From contig CAWHDI010000023.1 of the NCBI GenBank assembly GCA_963827985.1, forward strand, positions 26 through 64,025: 64,000 nucleotides of DNA, read 5' to 3'. Origin of the DNA: an uncultured Chloroflexia bacterium. GTDB lineage: Bacteria; Chloroflexota; Dehalococcoidia; GIF9; UBA5629. Below the pieces are notes generated by a model. That model ran no database searches and had not been told where the DNA came from. It was given only the letters and a program-made list of their open reading frames with translations. The translations under genes and the position numbers were made by a program. This document shows, piece by piece, positions 31,671-41,685 of this stretch (its first letter is position 1; each line of letters begins with the position of its first letter).

Positions 31671-32507
31671 ATGAACAAAGTTGCTATCGTATCCGGATCG
31701 AATCAGGGGCTGGGCTTTGCCATTGTCGAGGCTCTTTGCAAGAATCTCGGGCCCGATGACTCCGTTTATCTTACGGCACGCAATGCTATCCGTGGGAACG
31801 AAGCAATAAATGAGTTGCGTACCCGGGGTCTCTCACCGATCTTACATATGCTAGATGTTACGGACGACGCGAGCGTTGCCATGTTGGCTGAAACGATCCG
31901 AAGGCGTCATGGGGGAGTCGACATCGTTATCTCCAATGCAGCAGCCAGAATCTCGCGTAACCTTTCTCAGGCCGAACAGGTTGGTCAGTTCATAAATACG
32001 AACAACCACGGCACTTTCCGGATGATCCGGGCGTTCGAGCCGATTCTGAGGGACAATGCACGTTTCCTCGTCGTTGCGAGCGCATTTGGCTCGTTGCGAA
32101 ATCTATCGCCCAGTCTCCATAAAGAGTTCGATGTCACGACGCGGTCGCTGCAGGACATTGAGCGGTTAATGGACGAATATGTATCTCTCGTGGAAGCAGG
32201 TCAGGCAGAGGCCCATCAGTGGCCGGAATGGATTAATATCCCATCCAAAGTCGCACAAGTTGCCTCCACCAGGATCATGGCTCGCCTCATGAGAGAAGAG
32301 GCATCACGAAGGGGCATACTGATTAACGCCGTATGTCCAGGAATGGTGGATACGGACGCGTCGCGTCCATGGTTTGATGATATGTCGGCGGCGCAGAGCC
32401 CGTCTCAAGCGGCGGTGGACGTCATCTGGCTTGCTACACTTCCGGCTGGAACGGAGACCCCTTATGGGGAACTTGTCCAGCACCGAAAGGTACTCCGGTG
32501 GCTTTAG
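31671..32507 (+). CDS. SDR family oxidoreductase (carbonyl reductase CBR-like)
   Basis: SGSNQGLG, LTAR, LDVTD, ISNAA, INAVCPGMVDT. Confidence 0.85.
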   Translation: MNKVAIVSGSNQGLGFAIVEALCKNLGPDDSVYLTARNAIRGNEAINELRTRGLSPILHMLDVTDDASVAMLAETIRRRHGGVDIVISNAAARISRNLSQAEQVGQFINTNNHGTFRMIRAFEPILRDNARFLVVASAFGSLRNLSPSLHKEFDVTTRSLQDIERLMDEYVSLVEAGQAEAHQWPEWINIPSKVAQVASTRIMARLMREEASRRGILINAVCPGMVDTDASRPWFDDMSAAQSPSQAAVDVIWLATLPAGTETPYGELVQHRKVLRWL

Positions 32508-32596
32508 ACGTTAACACGCGCTATTCAACGCATACCGGACTGAAGATATTAATAACTATTTATTAAACGGTTTACTGCCGCTTGGGAAAGGTGAGA

Positions 32597-32674
32597 TGGG
32601 GTGAGTGGAGGGATTTGAACCCTCGATATCCAGGGCCACAACCTGGCGCCTTAGGCCTCTGGGCTACACTCACC
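32597..32674 (-). tRNA. tRNA-His (GTG)
   Basis: g-gtgagtgtagcccag...ccagg-ttgtggc-cctgg...ggttcaaatccc...cactcac-ccca; G-1/C73 His signature. Confidence 0.95.
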
Positions 32675-32723
32675 ACAGCGGGACAAATTATAGCGTAAGG
32701 CGCACCATTTTGACTAATCTGTT

Positions 32724-35700
32724 TTAGCCCCTCCTGCGAAAAAAGACCACCTGCACCCAGACAGCGCAAATAATGACCACAATCAAGGCAACGAGAAGGG
32801 CATTGGTGATGTTATTTTCCGATGATGCAGGCTGCGTGGGCGCCGGCGGCCTGTCCTGCGTTGTAAATGAGAAAACAGGGCTAGGATCGCCAGGGATAGG
32901 TTCCAATGGAGTGACCTGCCAGTAGTAGGCGGTCTTGTAGTTGAGACGGTCAAATAACTTGTACGCAGTGCCCTCAATTTTCTGGTCGATAACCGGATTG
33001 TCCAGTCTTGGATCCATGGCTAGCACAAATTGGTAACTGGTAGTACCGTAAACAGGTGACCAGGAGAAGCTTATAGGGTAGGCTGGCACATCATAAGCGT
33101 CGTAGGAAGGTGAAAGTGATTGAATGCCGGGATATGACGATGCCGACACTCGAAAACCAGGTTTGACATTAAAACTGAGTTCGTGTGACCAGTAACTCCG
33201 TATGCTTTGCCCTGTGGCGGCACGTCTGACTCGTACATGCCAATAGTAACTGCTTCCAGCCTCAGGGAGCACGCCGCCCGCGATATAATAGGCAGGGTAA
33301 AGTACATCGGGTGGGGTATAAAACGGGCTTGTATCAGGGGCGGCTCCGCTTATGATCAGGTCAAACCAGTTGTCTTTCGCAACTTCCAGCTCATATGCGT
33401 CTGCAAGTGAAAGCTGTTGCCACTTAAGGTCGACCGGGCTGTTTCGCCCGGTTACGGGATCGCAATATATAAGGCTGTTTCCCTTGGGCGCTATTAACCA
33501 TGGCGAGTGATCGGCGAGCGTATCTCTAAAAGCCCACAGGCAGCCAACTCCGGTACCCGGGTTGTAATCTCGGGCATCAATTGCCCAGATAGTCTCTTGA
33601 GAATGTACAAGCGCATTTGGTTCCAGCCTGAAAACAACGCCTGGATTAAGGCCGACCGTCAAAGAATCCCAGGACACACCTGATTTGGGTATGGCGGCGC
33701 GTGAATAAATAGTGCGGTCAACTCCCTTGGAGAGGGGACTGTAGGCAGCGTAACAGACCCCGTGCCCGCCTGTGGCTATCCCATAATAACTGTTGTTGGG
33801 TGGGACCATGTCGTCCCAGCGGTTGCTCGTTCCTATTGCCCAGCGGTACAGTCCACCTGCATCATCCGCAAGGTACATGAGGCGATTGTCCTTGAATTCA
33901 TCGTCGAACGCCGCGTGCCTGTTGCCGTTACTGTAGGCCGGTTGCGTTATCAGCGTCCAGGTCTCTCCTTTGTCGAATGAATAGGAAACGGGGCAGATTT
34001 GGCCTGATGCAGCCCCAACCAATATGTTATTACGTTGAGCGTTGATACTATGCGCCGGATTTATTCCAGTGTCTTTGAACTGATTCCAGGACCAGCCCCC
34101 GGCTTCCGATACGCCGCGCCGGAACAATCCGTTGGCCTGGATTATGTATAGCTCGTTGCTGTCGTTGCACGCCATATCCTGAAGCATGGCGCCGGAAAGG
34201 CAGTTAAGCCAGGTCTGTCCGCTGTCAACGGACCTTATTACAATGGTCGTGCCCTGGTTGCCCAGAAATATAGTTGAGCCACATTTTTTGTCAGGAGCTG
34301 CTCGTAGCAGGGGCGCCGAGCAATCGGCGCATATCACCCGTTGCCAGGAACTCCCCGCAATGGAAGTCTGGCTTCGCCAGAGGCTATCCAAGCCGTTATC
34401 ATTGACGGATGAGATGTACGCTGTTGTTCCATCTTCTCCAGCGCCAAACGATCGAAAACGGTTGATGCGAGTATCGATAAGCCCAAGCTCGTTCCAGGAC
34501 GTTCCATCGTCCAGGCTGACGGAAAAAGCGGATTCATCGAGAGATTGAGAATTCCATGAGCTGTCAGTGGGGTTCGCCCATTTTGCGGGCGTATCGCGGT
34601 TTCCCGATCCTGTCCCTGCCAGGGCCTTCAGTCCATCCTGGGTCCAGGCGACCTTGACGTTGGCAAATCCTGTTCCATAGCCGCCCGTCGGCGGTTTGAG
34701 AGGTTTTAGCCACACGGCACAGTTATCCAGGGGATTATTCGTAATCCAGGTTGTGGCTGCCGCTGAAACCGAATCTGCAATAACTCCGCCGGCAAGCAGC
34801 TTACCAGACCGGGTAGTTCCCGTATAGCTAATAGATGAAATACGCGGCTTGTTCCCGCTATTAGGAACATTAAGACGGGTTACGATTGTATCAGTTAGCC
34901 GATATATGTCATCCAAAGGTAAGCTTGCTCCTGACGATAGTCCATTGGAATCATAAGAGGCAAAGACCACACGCTTATCGGCCGAGTTCCCATTAAAATC
35001 GGCTGGAAGCGCTAGACTCCCTGTTATGATTTTATTTTCTCCGCTTCCGTTTCCTCCAACCTGATCTGGACTGCACAGTTCTACGGGCCAACCATGGCAC
35101 AAATTCCACGAGCAGGCGCCGGCCGCCGGGTCGCGTGAGCCGACATTGATGTAAGTCCGTTGCGTGGAGCTCGACATGACCACTATTGTTGCATCGGATG
35201 CGTAACCGGCGGATACCGACAGTGTAATAACATCTCCACCGCTAAAACCCTGGGCCTTCCATCCTGCGAGGCTGGGATATGGCAGGATATATACTTCACC
35301 CTGTGCCAGCCCATCGGGGTTGCGGCTGCCTGTGACGATATCATGCACTATTTTCCCCTGGTAACTGTATGCTTCGCTGATGACGATTGCACCTATTTGT
35401 TCAGCGGTTCCATACAGCCACGGAATTCGCCCGCTGTATGTCCAATTTGTTCCTCCGTCTTCGGATATATAGACCTCTCTCCGGTGTGTTTTCGCTGGAT
35501 CCATACAAACCACTGCCACAAAATCAGGATTATCTGGGGCTATCGCCAGTTCGGAGATTGGGAAAAATGGGGTCGTCGTGTTCTGCTGAAGCCATTTTGT
35601 GGGCCGCGAGGTCCATGATATGCCACTGTCAGTGCTTCTCCACAGGCCTGCGTTTACCACGGGACCGGCGCTTGCGTTAGGAACGTCAATTGCGTACACG

Positions 35701-35945
35701 CTCTTTCCATCTGAGGAAACCACAAGGGCATTAATTTCACAGAGTGTCCTAATATCATTACGTTGCGGGTAGCTGCCGGGCGTGTCAATTATGCCCCACC
35801 TTAGCACACAGGTAGACGGCGTATCTGCGGTGGCCCGCTGCGACATCAGGGATGCGGCAAGAATCGCTACTGCCATGAGAAGACAGGTAACTTTTAAGTG
35901 GCGGCGGCTGTCTATTTTTCTTGTGTAAGAGTGGGGTCTATCCAA
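32724..35945 (-). CDS. Large secreted BNR/Asp-box repeat protein with C-terminal FN3-like modules and TM anchor (S-layer-like)
   Basis: Signal peptide; repeats SxDxGxxW (RSTDSGISW, SEDGGTNW, SLDDGTSW, RSVDSGQTW, SFDKGETW); YYWHVRV/YYWQV; C-terminal TM + RRR. Confidence 0.8.
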   Translation of the reverse strand: MDRPHSYTRKIDSRRHLKVTCLLMAVAILAASLMSQRATADTPSTCVLRWGIIDTPGSYPQRNDIRTLCEINALVVSSDGKSVYAIDVPNASAGPVVNAGLWRSTDSGISWTSRPTKWLQQNTTTPFFPISELAIAPDNPDFVAVVCMDPAKTHRREVYISEDGGTNWTYSGRIPWLYGTAEQIGAIVISEAYSYQGKIVHDIVTGSRNPDGLAQGEVYILPYPSLAGWKAQGFSGGDVITLSVSAGYASDATIVVMSSSTQRTYINVGSRDPAAGACSWNLCHGWPVELCSPDQVGGNGSGENKIITGSLALPADFNGNSADKRVVFASYDSNGLSSGASLPLDDIYRLTDTIVTRLNVPNSGNKPRISSISYTGTTRSGKLLAGGVIADSVSAAATTWITNNPLDNCAVWLKPLKPPTGGYGTGFANVKVAWTQDGLKALAGTGSGNRDTPAKWANPTDSSWNSQSLDESAFSVSLDDGTSWNELGLIDTRINRFRSFGAGEDGTTAYISSVNDNGLDSLWRSQTSIAGSSWQRVICADCSAPLLRAAPDKKCGSTIFLGNQGTTIVIRSVDSGQTWLNCLSGAMLQDMACNDSNELYIIQANGLFRRGVSEAGGWSWNQFKDTGINPAHSINAQRNNILVGAASGQICPVSYSFDKGETWTLITQPAYSNGNRHAAFDDEFKDNRLMYLADDAGGLYRWAIGTSNRWDDMVPPNNSYYGIATGGHGVCYAAYSPLSKGVDRTIYSRAAIPKSGVSWDSLTVGLNPGVVFRLEPNALVHSQETIWAIDARDYNPGTGVGCLWAFRDTLADHSPWLIAPKGNSLIYCDPVTGRNSPVDLKWQQLSLADAYELEVAKDNWFDLIISGAAPDTSPFYTPPDVLYPAYYIAGGVLPEAGSSYYWHVRVRRAATGQSIRSYWSHELSFNVKPGFRVSASSYPGIQSLSPSYDAYDVPAYPISFSWSPVYGTTSYQFVLAMDPRLDNPVIDQKIEGTAYKLFDRLNYKTAYYWQVTPLEPIPGDPSPVFSFTTQDRPPAPTQPASSENNITNALLVALIVVIICAVWVQVVFFRRRG

Positions 35946-37477
35946 ACAGCACTTCCCTGCTGCAGGGGCTCGCTGGATTCCACCCTGAAGATAAACTGTA
36001 CTTGTTTCCCGGCAAGCTTGCTCAAATCAACCTCATATATCTCCGGCTTGCCAATGGTATTTATAATGACGGGCGGATAGTAAGTAATATCGCTGCCCTG
36101 CGCAGTGCCGATAATGAATTTAACCGTTGCGGCGGCCGGCGCGTCTGGCGTCAGCCCCACCTCGGCGCTTAATTTGCATTTGTGCGGGATAGTAAAGGGC
36201 TGAAGCACAACCGGGTTGCCCTGCGGAAGACCCATGCGTGCTTGCATCCAACTGTTGGCACTTACTGGCAAGGTCATAATCACTGAATTAGGGTCGCTTT
36301 CCCCGTTATCCATCTGGGCTGATCCTAGCTGTGCCCAACCGCCCTTTGAGTCTCTCATCATCGGCGAACTCAACGTTCCAGTATTGCTCTGCCATTGGGC
36401 CGGCCCCGCGTAATGAGCCAGGTGAACTTCTAACAGAGGACCGAAATTGTGTTCCATACAATTGTTGGCCATATCAGATTCCGGGCAAGTGGAATCCGCG
36501 TTGACACAAATCCGCATATTGACTGCATCGGTCGTGGCTTCTGTCGCGCCGCCCCCTATAATTGATGTGAAGCGCGGTGAAAAATGATACTGTGAAAATG
36601 ATTCGACACGCTCGGCTCCGGGATCAAGAGGTCCAACATAGTCCTGCGAAACCAGGGAGTCGTTTTTATACAGGTATGATTGGCAGGCCGTCGATGCCAG
36701 GTCGCCGTTATTCTTAACGTTATAGAAGAGTATATTGCCCGTGTTCCAGAAGTCAGTGATGGTCAAATCCGCCCATTCTTTTGCCTTTCCGGCGACTTTG
36801 ACGCTCAGGGCGTTGGAGCTGGTCCCGCTCCTGTTAACTGCCCACAGCGTATAGGTCGTATCTGATGCAGGATTTAGACTCAGTTTGCCTTCAAATTTAA
36901 CCTGTCCGGGGGAAGGCAGTATTTCAACACGGCTGGCGTTGGTAACAGCCCAGCTTATAGTCAGTGGTTCACCTTCGGCCAAGCTGAGAGGGCTGGCAAC
37001 AAAGCTTTTGATTTGGGGAATGGGACCGGCCTGATCGCGCCGTATATAGAACTTGTAGTCTGCTTTATGCTTGCCATCCACTGAAATATCCGTTTTGTAC
37101 TCGCCGCTAATAAAACCGCCTGGTGGTGGTGTCAGGGTGAATCCGAAATAGCAGTCCGTGTCGCAATGTGCTTTTTCCGTATTTATCAAGGATTTGGCTT
37201 CCTTTGACATCTCACCCTGAATATATACCCAATCCACCTGGATCTCTGTATTATGGTTCGCCCCATTCAGCTTACCTGACACGCATATCTGCGGGCTATC
37301 TATGTAGAAGTTGTTCGTCTTATCAACGGGCTGAAAGGTTGAAATCAGCCCTGTGGTCGTGGTTAGCTCCGAGATGGAAGGCCCAAAAATAAATATATTC
37401 GAACAGGAAGTCGACAAGAGAACGACTATGACTGTAACGAGTGCCAATGATAGGAACCAGGTGTTAAGAAATTTCAT
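35912..37477 (-). CDS. Secreted/lipoprotein with CARDB-like and Ig/NPCBM-like domains
   Basis: Hydrophobic leader with STSC; IKSFVASP...LTISWAV Ig motif; ADLTIT...VKNNG...ESDMANN CARDB pattern. Confidence 0.65.
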   Translation of the reverse strand: MKFLNTWFLSLALVTVIVVLLSTSCSNIFIFGPSISELTTTTGLISTFQPVDKTNNFYIDSPQICVSGKLNGANHNTEIQVDWVYIQGEMSKEAKSLINTEKAHCDTDCYFGFTLTPPPGGFISGEYKTDISVDGKHKADYKFYIRRDQAGPIPQIKSFVASPLSLAEGEPLTISWAVTNASRVEILPSPGQVKFEGKLSLNPASDTTYTLWAVNRSGTSSNALSVKVAGKAKEWADLTITDFWNTGNILFYNVKNNGDLASTACQSYLYKNDSLVSQDYVGPLDPGAERVESFSQYHFSPRFTSIIGGGATEATTDAVNMRICVNADSTCPESDMANNCMEHNFGPLLEVHLAHYAGPAQWQSNTGTLSSPMMRDSKGGWAQLGSAQMDNGESDPNSVIMTLPVSANSWMQARMGLPQGNPVVLQPFTIPHKCKLSAEVGLTPDAPAAATVKFIIGTAQGSDITYYPPVIINTIGKPEIYEVDLSKLAGKQVQFIFRVESSEPLQQGSAVWIDPTLTQEK

Positions 37478-37607
37478 GGCGCAACGGTCAATAATAGGTT
37501 TTTATCAAGTGCTATGTCAAGGATGGAAGCGATTATCTTTGCGGAATAGAAAGGCACGTAAACAAATCTGGATATAAAAAAGGTAGGCTGTCAAATTGTT
37601 TGCCGGC

Positions 37608-37814
37608 CTACCTCGAGCTTCGTTCCACTACTCCTGCTTCTTGCTCAACTGAGCAACGGCGGCTCGATATTCCGCTTGAGCCTTTTTTCCCAATCGAAAA
37701 CCAGCAGCTTGGGAACCTTCCAACTCCTTCACCGGCGCCCTCTCTCAAGGCCTCCGGCGAGGAGTGATTCCAATCAATCTGGAAGCGACATAACGTACTG
37801 AGTATGTACTTCAT
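37608..37814 (-). CDS. Small hypothetical protein (possibly frameshifted)
   Basis: Strong RBS aggaggtga before ATG; an alternative frame ends KAQAEYRAAVAQLSKKQE*. Confidence 0.35.
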   Translation of the reverse strand: MKYILSTLCRFQIDWNHSSPEALREGAGEGVGRFPSCWFSIGKKGSSGISSRRCSVEQEAGVVERSSR

Positions 37815-37986
37815 ATCATCTCACCTCCTTCTTCCATTTCCTCCATCTCTCTCTTCCCATCTATAGGTACAATAGCACCTTATCAGCGTATTAACTGTAA
37901 CTTTTATACCATTATTTGTACTATCCGGGTGATTTCACAGATATGATCCCATAAGTTGGCCCTTCTGTAATGTAGTAGCGCCGTCA

Positions 37987-39108
37987 ATGTCGTTTTTTCG
38001 GTGGACGCATTGTGAGTGTCTTGCTAGAATCTCTATTGTGACCACGAAAACAGGTTTGTCAATTGCATCTGAGGAAATGGAACGCGGATTCTACAGTAAA
38101 GACGCCAGCTATGATGGTGTTTTCTATGTGGCTGTACGAACGACCGGCATTTTCTGTCGCCCTTCGTGTCCTGCGAGGCCTAAACGCGAGAATGTAGAAT
38201 TTTTCCCGTCTATACGCGGTGCTATTTTTGCGGGCTACCGGCCGTGTAAGAGATGTCGTCCGACTGAAGTAGATGGAACGCCCCCGCCGTGGGTTGCGGA
38301 TCTGATGAAAAGAATAGAGGATCAACCGGAACGTAAAATCACTGCTGGTGAGTTGCGCACGTTAGGTATCTCCGCTGAACGTGCAAGGCGGTGGTTTTCA
38401 GATCATTATGGCATGACCTTCGCTGAATGGCAGCGCGGACGGCGTCTTGCCGAAGCGTTCACGCAAATACGCGATGGCTCTCCTATAGATGATGTCGTAT
38501 TTGCTAACGGCTATGCGTCGCATAGCGGGTTCCGCAGCGCATTCGCCAAAACCTTCGGATCATCTCCCGGAAAATTGAAGCCGGCCGAATTTATTGCAGC
38601 CAGGTTTATTGAAACTCCGCTTGGGCCCATGCTGGCCGCCGCTGTCTTGAACGGAATTTGCTTTCTGGAGTTTTCGGACCGGCGCATGCTGGAGCATAAT
38701 TATCGCCAGATCAGGCAGCGTTTTGGGCTTCCGGTATTGCCTGCTACGAACCCTCTACTTGATCAGCTGCATGCAGAACTCGACTCATATTTCAAGGGTG
38801 GACTGAACCGGTTTACGGTTTCCCTCGCCTTAAGCGGAACCCCATTCCAGGAGCGTGTGTGGCACGAACTGCTTCTCATCCCTTATGGGGAGACAATATC
38901 TTATCAGGAGCTGGCGCAACGTGTTGGCGATGTGAAATCGTCCCGTGCGGTCGCTCGGGCGAACGGGATGAATCGCATTAGCATTCTGATCCCGTGTCAT
39001 CGTGTCATTGGTAAAGACGGTGAACTGTCCGGCTACGGAGGCGGCGTGTGGCGCAAGCGTTTATTGCTGGAACTTGAGCGTAATGGACGCCTGCCCGGTT
39101 CCGAATGA
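37987..39108 (+). CDS. ada: Bifunctional Ada regulator / O6-methylguanine-DNA methyltransferase
   Basis: TTGIFCRPSC, GYRPCKRC Zn site, AraC HTH, GTPFQ, IPCHRV; real start may be 38038 or 38077. Confidence 0.95.
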   Translation: MSFFRWTHCECLARISIVTTKTGLSIASEEMERGFYSKDASYDGVFYVAVRTTGIFCRPSCPARPKRENVEFFPSIRGAIFAGYRPCKRCRPTEVDGTPPPWVADLMKRIEDQPERKITAGELRTLGISAERARRWFSDHYGMTFAEWQRGRRLAEAFTQIRDGSPIDDVVFANGYASHSGFRSAFAKTFGSSPGKLKPAEFIAARFIETPLGPMLAAAVLNGICFLEFSDRRMLEHNYRQIRQRFGLPVLPATNPLLDQLHAELDSYFKGGLNRFTVSLALSGTPFQERVWHELLLIPYGETISYQELAQRVGDVKSSRAVARANGMNRISILIPCHRVIGKDGELSGYGGGVWRKRLLLELERNGRLPGSE

Positions 39109-39148
39109 GGATGGGAAAACAATTGTTTATCGCGGACCGCCAACTTAA

Positions 39149-39427
39149 CTAACTCAAGCCGTCTTTGTTTGACCTCGAGAATAGCTTTCTGGTCATATAC
39201 CAGAGCCATGTCCAGTGCGTGAGAACGTGCGTGCTGAAGAAAACCAGAAGTGCCACTGCTAGCCACCTGTGCGTAAGTACCCACGTATGCCGGTCGAATA
39301 ACAGTATCTTGCTGACTTCGCTTTCCTCGGGTAAGGCAAACCAAAGTATGAAACCCGATACCACGAGGAGCAATAATATCAAGCCCTCCATGATATCCAG
39401 GACGTAGTGCATTTTAGCTTTGCGCAT
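39149..39427 (-). CDS. DUF4405-like small membrane protein
   Basis: VSGFILW...RHTWVLTHRW...HVLTHWTW His/Trp pattern. Confidence 0.7.
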   Translation of the reverse strand: MRKAKMHYVLDIMEGLILLLLVVSGFILWFALPEESEVSKILLFDRHTWVLTHRWLAVALLVFFSTHVLTHWTWLWYMTRKLFSRSNKDGLS

Positions 39428-39512
39428 GTGTGCCTCCCGGCGCACCGTGAAGAATTCCGCTAAAAGGATATCATTTTTTGGGCTATAATTTGAACAAAGG
39501 ATTGATATCAAT

Positions 39513-40220
39513 TTGACTACCGTACTTGTGGTTGATGATGAGCCTAATATCCAGGAACTGGCCCGGCTATACCTGGAAAAAGATGGATACAAGGTGGAGT
39601 TGGCCTCCACAGGTGAGGAAGCTATACGGAAGCTGGAACTTATTAGACCTTCGCTGGTAGTACTTGATATCATGCTGCCGGATATCGATGGATTCGAAGT
39701 GTGCCGGGAAATAAGGAAAAAAAGTGATGTGCCGGTGCTTATGCTGACGGCCAGGAAGGATGACATCGATAAAATATTGGGTCTTGAGCTAGGAGCAGAT
39801 GACTACCTGACCAAACCCTTCAACCCTCGGGAGCTTGTCGCCAGGGTCAAGGCTATTCTTCGTCGATATGCCGCCGGTCAAAGGCCGGGAAAATTGATAG
39901 AGGCAGGGAATTTGCAGATAGACCTCGCACGCCGCGAGGTTAAGATAGCGGGCAGCGCTATTAAAATGCGAACAAAGGAGTTCGAATTGTTAACGGCACT
40001 TGCTCAAAATCCTGGAATCGTATTAACGCGTGAGCGGCTGTTGGAAATGATCTGGGATACGGATTATTATGGGGAAACACGCACGGTGGACATACACATA
40101 AATCATGTCCGTGACAAGATCGGCAGCGCGGATGTGGCAATAGCAACAGTGCGTGGGGTTGGCTACAAGCTGGTTCACAAGGATGAATTGCCGGAAAGCG
40201 AAGTACCCGGTGATCGATAG
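39513..40220 (+). CDS. OmpR-family response regulator
   Basis: VVDDE, LDIMLP, GADDYLTKPF, winged HTH TVRGVGY. Confidence 0.95.
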   Translation: MTTVLVVDDEPNIQELARLYLEKDGYKVELASTGEEAIRKLELIRPSLVVLDIMLPDIDGFEVCREIRKKSDVPVLMLTARKDDIDKILGLELGADDYLTKPFNPRELVARVKAILRRYAAGQRPGKLIEAGNLQIDLARREVKIAGSAIKMRTKEFELLTALAQNPGIVLTRERLLEMIWDTDYYGETRTVDIHINHVRDKIGSADVAIATVRGVGYKLVHKDELPESEVPGDR

Positions 40221-40248
40221 CGCAGGTATATTATGACGGGAAGATAAT

Positions 40249-41685
40249 ATGGGATTGAGGAACCGCCTGATCTTATCATTTCTGCTGGTGATCCTGGTTT
40301 GCCTTGGAATAATAGCGGCTTTCCTAACGCTAATGGCGGGGAGTGCATTGGACAGGTTGGCGGCATCCAGGTTAAACGATATGGCACTGCCAGTTTATAT
40401 ACAGGTCAGGTCAATTCTGCGAAATCAGGTGACTCTCGAGCAGGCATGGCCGAGTATAGAGGAGCAGGCCAACGCCAGCAATGTGGAAATCTACCTTTAC
40501 GATTCCTCTGGTAAGTTAATAAGGCAGACTTCTGATAACGATACTAACGGAGGACCGCCTCAATCTGTATTTTCCAGGAGGCAGCAGGGAATACGCCCGC
40601 TGCGGGGCAACTACACGGGGCAGGATGGAAAGACATATGTCTACTCTGCATTTTCGCTAACGGGATTTCCCAGGTTTAAGGATACCAGTGGCGCAGAATG
40701 GCTTGTCCTATCGATTTCCACTTCGGGTACCGTCAACATTCTGTCCGATCTGATGCGTCCACTACTGTTGGCAGGCCTGGCGGCGCTCATACTATCGATC
40801 ATTCTTGCCTTCTTCCTGGCCCGGTCCGTCTATGGACCAGTGGGACGAGTTACCCATGCAGCCTCAGAAATGGCAGCCGGCAAATACGACCAGGAAGTGC
40901 CGGTCGATGGGCCGATGGAAGTACGTGACCTTGCGACCAGCTTCAATGCTATGGCAAAGGAGGTGAAAGGTTCACATCAGACTCTCAGAGATTTTGTTGC
41001 TGATGTTTCACATGAGCTGCGTACACCGCTGACGTCCATTAAAGGCTTTGCGCAGGCCATACACGATGGTACCGCACAATCTAAAGAAACGATTGACAGG
41101 GCGGCAGGTATAATCGAGGAAGAATCACAACGCATGATACGTTTGGTCAACAACCTTTTGGAGCTTTCTAAACTGGAATCCGGACAGGTTGATATCAAGA
41201 AGGAACAGGTGGATTTGAAGGAAGTGATCGAACAGTCCAGTGAGATTTTCAGCATGCGGGCTGATGAGAAAGGAATCATCCTTATTCAGGACGTTGAAAC
41301 TCTACCGCCGGTGATGGGTGATATTGATCGTCTCGAGCAGGTCTTCGCCAACCTGCTGGATAATGCGATAAAACACACACCCCAGGGCGGCACTGTAACC
41401 ATCCGCGGCCGCCACATTTCTTCGGAGACCGTGGAGATCTCTGTGGTAGATACAGGCCCGGGCATATCAAAGGAGCAACTGCCGCACGTATTTGAGAGAT
41501 TCTTCCATGATGAAGGCCAGGGCGACCGTTCAGGCACGGGGTTGGGGTTGGCTATTGCCCGGCAAATTGTGCTGTCCCATGGTGGCGATATCAGGGTCAG
41601 CAGCCAGGAGGGAAAGGGAGCCGAGTTTACAGTGAAATTGCCGGCAATGGATATACTGAAATATGGTAATACCCAGATTATTTGA
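40249..41685 (+). CDS. HAMP-containing sensor histidine kinase
   Basis: 2 TM, HAMP, SHELRTPL, NLLDNA, DTGPG, GTGLGL. Confidence 0.95.
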   Translation: MGLRNRLILSFLLVILVCLGIIAAFLTLMAGSALDRLAASRLNDMALPVYIQVRSILRNQVTLEQAWPSIEEQANASNVEIYLYDSSGKLIRQTSDNDTNGGPPQSVFSRRQQGIRPLRGNYTGQDGKTYVYSAFSLTGFPRFKDTSGAEWLVLSISTSGTVNILSDLMRPLLLAGLAALILSIILAFFLARSVYGPVGRVTHAASEMAAGKYDQEVPVDGPMEVRDLATSFNAMAKEVKGSHQTLRDFVADVSHELRTPLTSIKGFAQAIHDGTAQSKETIDRAAGIIEEESQRMIRLVNNLLELSKLESGQVDIKKEQVDLKEVIEQSSEIFSMRADEKGIILIQDVETLPPVMGDIDRLEQVFANLLDNAIKHTPQGGTVTIRGRHISSETVEISVVDTGPGISKEQLPHVFERFFHDEGQGDRSGTGLGLAIARQIVLSHGGDIRVSSQEGKGAEFTVKLPAMDILKYGNTQII

